Under the pieces are notes generated by a model that was not told where the DNA came from, did no database searches, and was given only the letters and a program-made list of their open reading frames with translations. From positions 1 through 64,000 of IMG/VR virus record IMGVR_UViG_3300042892_000474: a DNA stretch of 64,000 bases, one strand, 5' to 3'. This DNA is from a virus. The position numbers and the translations under genes were made by a program. Positions 50,201 to 62,200 of this stretch are shown here, in pieces (position 1 is the first letter of the stretch; each line of letters opens with the position of its first letter).

Positions 50201-53200
50201 ATATGGTATAGGTGCCGGAATAGATGACACTGTATTGGGATTTCCTATTAAGTATAGTGCGATAGATAACGTTGGCGATATCAGTTTTGATGTTTCTTTA
50301 AACGCAGACACCTTCGATTATGTAAGTGGAACTAATCCTATTACGCAAAAAATAAATACTGGTTATGTGTATCAGTATAATAACAGAATAGAATATGAGC
50401 GTCAACTAGGATGGCAGACTGCTGTATCACCTAGTGTTCAATATCAAATTTTTGAATTTAACTATGATCCATTAAATCCTACAACTTCATATGTATGCGA
50501 TATTGCAAAGTCTAGTGCTGATAGTACTAACTGGCCTACAATTGAAGTATACATTAACAATACCATTGTATCTCATGGGGAATACACTGTGACTGTAGGA
50601 CCTGATACTACAACAGTAGTGCTCAATGAAAATCCTATACTTGAAACAGTAATTCAAATATTGTTGTTGAGTGACCAAGTAAGCAATACTGCCTACTATT
50701 CTATACCGAATAATTTAAATAACAATCCATTGAATGCTGATATTGTAGTTGCCAACATAGGTGATATTCGTGGGCAATATCAAAGCAGTTTCTACAATAA
50801 CCCTAATTCAACAGGTAAAGTTTTTGGCCCAAATAACTATAGAGATTTGGGTAACATGGTTCCGTGGGGAGATAAGATTATACAAAACAGTGCAAGCTTA
50901 GTATTGCCTGGTGCATTCTTGCGTAAGCAGGAACATAATTTATTCAATGCACTGATGTTCAATAGTAAAGAATATGTTAAGTTTAAAAATTTATTAGCAT
51001 ATACTGTGAATAATAGTGATTATGTTCAACGATATGATCCTGCCACAATGTTAGATGATGCGTTAGATCAAATAACCTCGTCAAAAACTGATAATCAATC
51101 ATTCTTTTGGTCTGATATGTTACCTAGTAAGGCAGCATATGTGTCCAATACATACTCATTTGCAAATAGCTTAGATGTAAGTATATACCCATTGTCTAGA
51201 GTTTACGATTACACTACTGCAAATTACTATGGTGTATTGGTATATTTGATTCGCACTCAATCAGGTATTACAACAACTCAACAGTTGATTAAAGGTCAAG
51301 ACTATACTATAAGTGCAACTGCTCCGTCATTAACTGTAAGTTTAGACTTACAACCTGGTGATGTAATAACAATTAAAGAATACAATCAAACATACGGTTC
51401 TTATGTTCCTAATACTCCTACTAAATTGGGATTGTATCCAGCATATCTTCCTGAAGTAATTTTAGATAGCAATTACACTAATCCTACATATTTCATCAGG
51501 GGGCATGATGGATCATATACTAAATTGTATGGAGAATACGATACTACTACCGAACTGTTATCTGATTTTAGAGACCAAGTTTCATTAGAATTTGAATTAC
51601 GTGTTTATAACAACTTAAAAATTAGCTCAGTAATTCCTATTAAGGAATATGAAATTTTGCCCGGATTCTTTAGAGATATCGATTATTCGTATCCTGAGTG
51701 GTTAGAGATATACAGTAATGGATTCTTAAATTGGGTTGGTCAAAATCGTTTAAATTATAAAACTCAGTTCTACAATGCTGGTAACAATTATACATACAAC
51801 TATTTCCAAAGCGGTAATGCAATTAACAAGGCTGTAATTACTCAAGGCTATTGGAGAGGTATATATCAGTATTTCTATGATACTACGACACCAAACACTA
51901 CGCCGTGGGAAATGTTGGGCTTCACTGAAATGCCTACATGGTGGACAAATAGATATGGTCCTGCTCCATACACAAGTGATAACTTAGTTTTATGGAGTGA
52001 TTTAGCAGAAGGCATAGATTGGAACAACGGTAACCCAGTTGTAATTCCTGAAGCCGTACGTGACGGATTGTTAGAAATAATTCCGGTTGACAGTGCTGGT
52101 AATTTGCTTCCTCCTATCGACACTGTAGTTGGTAGTTACAATCAAAAATTATTCCAACGTGATTGGAAAGTAGGAGACGGTGCACCAGTTGAGTTTAGCT
52201 ATAGACGCAGTAGCACTTACCCATTCGATTTAATGAGAACATTGGCTCTAACTAAGCCAGCAGAATTCTTTAACTTAGGGGTCGATATAGACCACTACAA
52301 ATACAATGCAGAATTTAACCAATACTTAGTAAACAATCGTAGCCACTTGAGAATGAGTGACATTGATGTGTACGGCACCGGCACCCCTGTAACTAGCTAT
52401 GTTAACTGGGTTGTTGATTATGAAAAACAAATAGGAATTGATGCAACTACTAATATAACTGAAATGTTAAACAACATGGATGTTCGTTTGGTATACAGAT
52501 TAGCGGGATTTAGCGACAAAACTTTATTAAAGTTTTTTGTTGAAAAGAGTACACCCAATAGTGCAAATGCTAGTTTGTTAATTCCTGATGAGAGTTACAG
52601 CGTGTTATTGTATGATAACCAACCGTTTAACAGAATCATTTATTCAGGTGTAATTATACAAACGGCATCTTCAGGTGGATTCACAGTATATGGCAATTCA
52701 CAAACATATGCGTACTTTAAAACATTAAAGCCAAAATTTGGCGGCAAGTATGAAACCATAGATGTAGAAGACTTGTCAATAAGAGTGACTCCGGATCATT
52801 TTGACAAAGAACAAATAGTACCATATAACACTGCATTCTATACAGCACAGGAAGTTGCGCAGTTCTTAGCAGACTACGGTGCATACTTAACTAGTTTAGG
52901 TATGAAGTTCGATGACATGGAAAATGAAATCGAAATAAATTGGGCTCAAATGATTGCTGAGTTCTTATACTGGGCTCAGACTGGGTGGTCAGCCGGCAGC
53001 ATCGTTACATTAAACCCTTCTGCTAAAAAATTAATGATTGACAAAGATAGTAATATCGTACAACCATTAACATTGCAACAGTCAAACTTTATATTGAATC
53101 AGAATTTATATCCTATTCAATTGAATGACATGTCAGTCGTTCGTCAAGGTACTGCATTCAGTGTAGCGGCGTTAAATGCAGGTGATGTGTTATCATATGG

Positions 53201-56200
53201 TCAATTCAATCTAAGTAATTTTGAACATGGTATTGTGTTTGATAACGTAACATTGTTCGGTGACATTATCTATAATTTAACTACAGGATTACGTCAAAAC
53301 CGTATTGCATTACGAGGTACAAAGAGTGCTGATTGGAATGGTACAGTCAATGCTAGTGGATTCATTTACAATCAAGATAATATCAAAGAATGGAATCGAA
53401 CTGCAAAATATACTAAGGGTGAAATCGTTAAGTATAAGAACAAATATTGGGTAGCTACTAAGGTTATCCAAGCCAGTGAACTCTTTAAAGAAGCTGATTG
53501 GAAACGCACTGATTATGATGAAGTACAAAAAGGATTGTTACCTAACTCAAGCACACGTAGTTATGAAAGTTCGTTGTACTACGATATCGATCAAGCTAAC
53601 TTGGAAAAAGATGCTGACTTACTAAGCTTCAGTCTGATTGGATACCGTCCGCGTGATTATATGGCTCTTGCAGACTTGACAGACATTACGCAAGTCAACG
53701 TATACAAGAACATGATTAAGAACAAAGGTACATTGAACGCAGCTAGTGCATTCAAAGGCGCCACTTTGCCTCAAGGCGGCATTGATTATGAAATTTTTGA
53801 AAATTGGGCTATAAAGGCCGGAGAGTTTGGCGGTGTACTAAACAACAATTTTGTAGAATTTAGAGTTAACGAAAAATCAATGACAGGAAATCCTGCAATA
53901 GTAGGGTTGACTCAGGGAATTTACAATCAAGGTGTACAACAAGAAGTCCCGTTATACTCATTGTTCAACTACGGTAGAACCATTACAAACGTTAATGTTT
54001 TGCCTACAACTACAGAAACTATCAGTACATTGTATCCTGATGCAGGATATGTAAATTACAATGACATTAAAATGTCTGCTTTCTTCTATTCTCAATTGGG
54101 AGTAGCAGTAGATAAAAATGGTTCTATCGTACCTATTCAAGACTTTTTTGTACGTGATTACGTATGGTTAGCCAACTACTTAGAGCAATGGCAAGTTTAC
54201 ACACCTGTGTCAATGGGTCAAGTAACTACTGTAAAAAATAACTTAAATGAAACAATTACTGTAACATTTAACAAACCTCATAATCTAACACAATATCAAC
54301 CATTTGCTATTGTGAATTTTGATCCTGCGATTGATGGCTATTATCTAGCAACGATTGTGATTGATCAAAACAGAGTGTTGGTAAACAAAGTTTTAGACAC
54401 TAGCATCAAGACCATTAATGGTCAAGGTGTTGCTATGAAGTTTACTTCTCAACGTGTTGCAACTCCTGCAGAAATTGCAAACTTACCATTAACAGAAGCA
54501 GAATTTAGAAAGAATACAGTATGGGTAGATACTGATGCTTCTGGATCATGGGGCGTATACAGAAAAAATATAAACTATACATTAGAAAATCAAGTAACTA
54601 AAGCATCTTCTCAATCATTGGGAAGTGCAGTTGCGATAAGTAGCCAATTAGGTTATGTGATCAGCGATGCAGATTTGGGTCAAGTGTATCGTTACACCTT
54701 CAACGATTTGAATAATGCATATGAACTTGTACAAACTTTAGTTGGTAACCCTACATTTGGTAGTACTATTAGTTACGCGGGTGATCTATATGCAATTGCG
54801 GAAACAACAGGTGCGGCTAGTAGTGTTAAATTGTATCAGTTGCAAAGTACAACAACATCAGATGATTTGGTATTAGTACAAACTATACCTTATGCTGCCG
54901 CGCTCGATGATCTTTGGGGAACAGCAATATCAATATCAAAAAATCAAAATTGGATTTATATATCTGATATTGATAACAACACGGTACATGTGTATCAACG
55001 TTCAAATATTGTTACTACAGCGGGGAACTTTGAATCGACAGAAACATATATAATCAATTCAATCGGTACTACTGACTTTACTAGTATTGGAGCAACATCT
55101 AACGATGTAGGCACGGTATTTATTGCAACAGGGGTAGGCACAGGCACCGGAGTAGCCACAAAGATTACATTCAATGCAGTTACTACAATAGATGGTGATG
55201 CATTGGGATTGACTAACTCCGGTGATAAATTTGGATATTCAATCGCTACAGAATATGATAGCAATAAAATAATTATAGGAACTCCCTACAAAGATGAAGG
55301 GTCTGTTGACAAATGGGGTCGCACCTATGTCTTTCAGCGTCTGTCTCAAAACCTAGAAATTCAATACAACACTGTATCTCCAAACACGCAAACATTGCAA
55401 CTAGCTTGGACACCTTCTTCTACTGAATTCACAGTCACTGATACTAATGCTACAACAGATAGGATAACATTATCAACATTGCCTAATCCGGCTACTGACG
55501 TTGATAAGCCTATCATGTTTATTGGTTCTGGTTTTACTGGAACTGAAATAACTACATCAAAGGTATACTACATCGCTACGGTTTCGGGGTATGATATAAC
55601 TATCAAGGAATCAAGAGAAAGTGCAACTGTTGTTCCTCTTGCAACAGTTGCCGGCATGACAAATGCTAAAGCATACTTACAAGACGATACATTGTTTGTA
55701 TCTAACAACGGAACATTGATACAAGACAGTAATTATGCAGTAATCAGTGATACGTTAGTGTATACTGCTTCATTGAATGCAGGTGATATAATTGACGTAA
55801 ATGGTCATGAGATAACGTTGTTACAAAACATTGCGCCTGCAGAAGCTCCTCAAACCGGCGCCCAGTTTGGTACAAGTGTAACAACCAATAATACTGCAAG
55901 CGAGATATTAATTGGAGCACCGTTCCAATTAAGTACACAAACTTCAGAGGGTGTAGTATATCGTTACACAGATCCAGGCGCCGCTTATGGTATGTATGTG
56001 GGTACAACTGACTGTAATGTCACTACAACTAGAAAAATATTATTAAATGGATTCTTAACCTACATACCTGTAGGTAACGCAACCGTAGTAGCGAATGCTA
56101 TAAATTCATCTAACATAACTAATGTTGCCGCAACAGCAATTAACGGAAAATTAGTTATATTATTAGTGGATAATAGTCTAGCTCCTATCAACGAAAAATT

Positions 56201-59200
56201 ATGTTTAAGCATAACTGATACTACTACATTATCTGAATTGGGAATTACTGTATTTGACATGACTCAAGAAATTGTATGTCCACATAATATCGGCCCAACA
56301 CAATTTGGTACAGTAGTTAAGTTTAATGAGTATGGTAGTTTTGTTGCTAGTGCCCCAGTTGGTACTAGATACTCTGCTACTACCTTTGACTTTGTTGATG
56401 ACGAAAATCAAGACAATGATACGTTGTTTGATAACAATACTACATCTTGGATAGACGAATCACCAAATTTTGGTGCAGTGTACATGTTCGACTACATCTC
56501 ACAGTACAATGAAAGTTTATTAAATCTAGGTAAATTCGTATATGCGCAAAGTGTTAACTCACCAAACTTAGCATATACACCGTTTAATACTTACGACCAA
56601 GCAACTGATGTAACTACAAGTAATCAACCACTGTATGGCACTGCGTTAGACTTTAATAATTACGGAGTAATTGTAGGTACTCCCGGTGATGTAGGTTCTA
56701 CAACCGGATCCGAGTACGCCGGCTCTGCAACAGTTTATAACAACAGTACTGGTGTAAAAGATTGGGCTCTGTATAGATACTCTGCTCCAATCGTAGACAT
56801 TAACAAGATTTTTAATATTCAGTTGTTCAGCGCAGAATCGAATGAGACATTGATTAATATGGATTACATTGATCCATTGCAAGGAAAAATATTAGGAGCA
56901 GCAAGAGAAAATATTGACATTATTTCTAACGTTGATCCTGCAAATTACAACAACGGCGATACCGTTACAGGCGGCCTAGTATGGGGAGCAGATCATGTTG
57001 GTAAAGTTTGGTTAAACACTAAGAATCTTCGTTTTGTAAACTATCATCAAAACAATGACGTTTCTTATAACAGTCAATATTGGGGTACATTGTTTCCTGG
57101 TAGTGACGTATCAGTTTGTAGTTGGGTAGCAAGTAATGTACTACCTGGCGAATACAGAGGGCCAGGAATACCTGTTGATGTAACTTCATTCTCTATTCAA
57201 TATGTAATAGACGCAGCCGGCGCACTTGCTCCTGTCTATTATTTCTGGGCTAGAAATACAAATACTATATTCTCAAACAATGGTAAGACATTAGCAGATT
57301 CTATCATTGCATCTTATATTGAAAATCCAAAAGCATCTGGTATAAGTTATTTTAGTCCTATTCTTCCTAGTGTTTACGGATTGTATAACTCTGGTGATTA
57401 TATCAATGCCAATGATAGTGTATTACACATTGGATTTGCTACAGGTAACAACGATGACGTATCGCATGAACAATTTAATTTAATTCGTTCAGGATTCCCT
57501 AGTGATTTCTTACCTGGAGTTCCAAATACAACTAATGAAATACCTGATAGCTTGTATGATCGTTTATTAGACAGCTTATGCGGTGTTGATGAAACAGGTG
57601 CAATTGTTCCTAATCCATATTTGCCAAAAGCAGTTCAAACGGGTATACTAGCAAGACCTCGACAGAGTTTTTTCCTAGATCGTTTTACTGCATTAAAAAA
57701 TTATCTACAGTATGCAAATTCTATATTAACTCAGTTCCCCATAACTGAAATCAGACAATCTTCATTCTTGACATCATCAGGTGAGTTCTATGATACTAGA
57801 GACTATTGGGAATTTATTAATTGGTGGGCAACAGGTTATGATGACAACATAAAATCTGCATTACAGGTTCCTATCTATGCAGATTTATCTACACTGTCAG
57901 TCATCCCTGGCACTATAGTAACTGTATCTACTAACATGAGTGGTAAAGCAGAAACTTACATATTCGAGTTAACCGGTAATTGGAGACGTATTGGTTTAGA
58001 AAACGGCACAATACGCTTTAAATCATCATTATGGGATTATGAATCAGTTCGTTTAGGTTACGGTGATAACTTCTTTGACACTGATACTTATGATGTTTAT
58101 CCTAGTGAAGAAACACGCAAAATTGTTCGTGCATTGAACGAACAAATATATACGGATGACCTATTGGTATACAGAAACCGTAGTTTGATTTTGTTGTTTG
58201 AATACATTCAAAGTGAAACCACAGAAAGTCAAAATTACTTACCATGGCTAAACAAAACATCATTCATTGATGTTGCACATACTATACGTGAACTACGACC
58301 AATCGAAGTATTCCAAACGGATAATCAAGATTTCTTGTCAGGGTACATGAATGAAATAAAACCATATCATGTGGTTATCAAAGAATTCTTATTTAAGTAT
58401 ACTGGTAGCGAAGTGTATAGTGGAAATATTACTGATTTTGATTTGCCTGCAAAATATGACAAATCTCAAGCACAGTTTATAACACCTCAATTAGTTTATA
58501 ATAGCGGTAACGGAGTAAATCAATTTACTCCTGACAATCCTATATGGGAAGAACAAGAATACTCACAGTGGTTTGAAAACCATGGGTTGTCTATAACAGG
58601 TGAACTTGATGCACACATAACAACATTAGCGTCATATATTTCATTGAATACTAAATCTTTTGCAGTTGATAATGCTCAAGGTTTACCTATCAATGGTATT
58701 TTAAAAATGGGAACCGAACAAATTGGATACTCATCAGTGGATCGTGCGTTAAATGTATTGGCTGGGTTAACTCGCGGAGTTAACGGAACCCCAATTACAG
58801 AACATATTCCTGGTGAAAACATATTTATGGATCTTCCTGCTGTGCTATTACTTGATGGCGGCAGAGGATATATCGAACCTCCTAAGGTTACTGCATATAT
58901 TGATCCAGTGTTGTATCCGGCACCAACAAAACCTGCGGTGTTGAATGCAGTAATGAATTTAGATAGTGTATTGCGTGTGGACGTTGTTGATCCTGGCCAA
59001 GGATATACAGTACTACCAAAAATAATCATTGACTCATCTATTGTTGTTCCATTCTCAAGTACGGATGTAAACACATTCTCTAGCACTATTCAAATTTATG
59101 CTCCGTTATTGCAAACAGGAGACCTAATTCAATACAAAGTAGGAACTAACAGTACACCAATTGGTGGATTAGAAAACGATCAATGGTATTATATCAATGT

Positions 59201-62200
59201 ATTAGAAACTGTACCTTCAGTTGTTTTGGGATTTTATGATAACTATGCTGATTGTATTAATGATCACGATAGACTCCCGTTATTCAGTACAGGAACAGGT
59301 GCAAATCACACAGTTAATCTAGGTGCAAAGGCAAGTGCAATTTCTAGTTCATTACCTATAAGGCAAAATGATATTGTATTAAGGTTTGATAGAACTGCGT
59401 ATACATCAAAAGTCATTGAATGGGTAACCGGTAGATACTATGGTGCTTTCTTCGCCGGCACATATTCTAATAGCGAATCAATAGCAAGCTCATCAATTAC
59501 TTTACAAAGTACTCAGCCACCAATAGCTGATATATTGGCTAGTGCTCAAGGTGTAGCATTTGAAATAACTGATTTGAGAAACGAGAGAACAGTAACGTAT
59601 AGTTCTTTTATTCGTAATGTGCATAGCACATATGCGTCAAATGATGTTGTTAGATTAACTCTACAAGACGATGGTTCTGGTAATCCAAACGCATCTGGTG
59701 GTACTAATGGATTCTATATAGGAATGCCTGTAACATTTATCGGTGACATTGGATCTAGTGGTATTGTTAATGAACAAGTTTACTATGTCAATAGTATTGT
59801 AAATCAAACTGATTTTACTTTGTCAATAAACAGTACAGGTAGCCCTTTATTACCATTGACTAATTGGACAGTAGGCCCGGCTGGACTAGAATGTTTTGTA
59901 GGAGAAGTTACCGATATTGCAGTTATTACTGTAAATTATCCTGGAATACTTGATGTTACATCAACCTTAGCAGTTACTAACAACATAACAGTACCGTTAA
60001 ATGTTACAGGTACTGGTGGCACCGCTGGCTTCTACATTGATTTGCCTATCTTCTTTACAGGTACTGACCCAACTAAGATACAAAACGGAGTGTTTGGTGG
60101 AATCATAGAAAATGAAGTTTATTATGTAACTACCGTAGTAGACAATCAAACATTTACTATGTCTGAAACACAGAATCCGCAGACGTTTAATGTAACTGCA
60201 ACTGTTGCGTCTAATGACACTGTACTGATTGACGGTGATACTAATAAACTTATTGTCAATGAGCCTATAATTTTTAACACCATGATACTTGCAGGAGTTG
60301 AAAGTGCTACATTTGGTGGCCTAGTTTCAGGAACAACTTACTATGTTTCTTCTATTGTTAGCCCTAGTGCATTCCAAATATCAGCTACTGTTAACGGTGC
60401 TGTGTTACCGTTGTCTGATGTTTCGCCGGCAAGCAACACTTCAGCGTTGGTAACTAGTCAGAAAAATACTGTTACATTGACTACCGCTACAGGAAACAGT
60501 ATGGTAGTTAACGTTAGCTTACCGGTAAGTCCAGGACAAGTTAATGGTCAGTTGTTCACACTATACGAAACTTCTGGTCAATATCCTGGGTTAGATGGAA
60601 CAAATGGAAATCTAATTACTAGAGGTGTTGCGGCATTGATAGGTGAGCGCACTTCAGGAATTGACGGATTACCGGTTGATGTTAACTCAATTGTAATGAC
60701 TAACTATAACGCAGGTGACACTGTTGCAAGAGGGTTGACTAACATATATGTTAATATGCCTATAGAAATCTCAGAAGACCTATTCTTTACAAATGTGCTT
60801 GTTCCTGGAACAACTTATTATGTAGTAGACAAAGGCACTATTGAAATTGAAGTGACAAACACATCATCTTCAACTAATGAATTGACTTGTGATACTACTG
60901 AGATGTTATTTGCTGATATGCCAATCACATTCTCTGGATCAGGCATTGGTGGTGCAGAAATTGATGTTGAATATTGGATTAAAGAAATAGTAAGTGACAC
61001 TAGATTCACAATCACTAACACGCCCGGTGGTTTAGAACTAACATTATCTACTGCTAGCGGATTGATGACCGGTACTGGATTACCGTATATCAAAGTCGCA
61101 GGCAACCTCGGCGACCCTGCTGAGTATCCAGGTGACTCCCAACAAAGTGCATCAATCACAGCCGCAAACCCTGCGGTTATTACAGTCGCTAATGCTCCTG
61201 AAAATGGAACTACAGTAATCTTTAGAAACGGTACTGTACCTTCAGGCATGTCTTTGGGAACGAGATATTATGTCCGTAATGCTAATAGCACTACGTTCAA
61301 TGTTTCGTTAACCGCTAGCGGTGCGTTAATAAACACTTCTTCTGGTTCACTATCAACTTCTACCATGGTCATCACTACTGAAACTACAGTAGATCAAACG
61401 CCGCTAACAGTAGCTGAATTTGATGTAAGTTATATTTTAGGTGGATATAGAGTATTAATTAGCAATTTGGGTACAGGATATGCAGTAGATAACACAATTG
61501 TTATTCCGGGAAATGAAATAGGTGGCACATCACCGTTGAACGACTTAACAGTAACTGTTAACTCTATTGGAACTAATGGTGAAATTACAAGCGTAATCTG
61601 TAACGGAACGGTAGCCGGTGATTCAAACCAATATTACTTAAAAGTAATTTCATCTACTGAGTTCGAATTATATCAGAATCAATTGATGACAGTTCCTGTA
61701 AGTGGTCTGTCATTGCCCTACGTTGGTATTACTGAAGCTACAGTTACTGCTGTAAGTTCAGCCAATGATAGATTGACAATTGGTGACACTAGTGTGTTTG
61801 ATGTTAATGATGCAGTTGTGTTTACTGGATCTGTTCAGACAAACATAACAAATATTACTGAAGGTGAAACATATTATATCTATGATATTCCATCTAGTAC
61901 ACAGTTTAGAATTAGCACAGTACCCGGAGACGTTACTACTATTGTAAATATAGTGACCACAATTGGTGTTAACTTTACAATGGCTAAATCAGGTTCGTTT
62001 GCATTGTTACCAGAGCCATTCATCTTCAATCAAAGTATTGTCAAATATAACAACCGAGTATATGTTTGTGTGATATCTAACAACGACACTGAGTTTGTAT
62101 TCGGTAAGTGGGAATTATTAACTAGTGGCGACAGAAGATTAAATGCAATGGATCGTGTATTTGGTTACTATCAACCAACTGATAACATGCCAGGCAAAGA

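Noticed and set aside
49364-61249. Small minus-strand ORFs in the right-hand 15 kb
   Set aside because: All are antisense to the giant plus-strand ORF.
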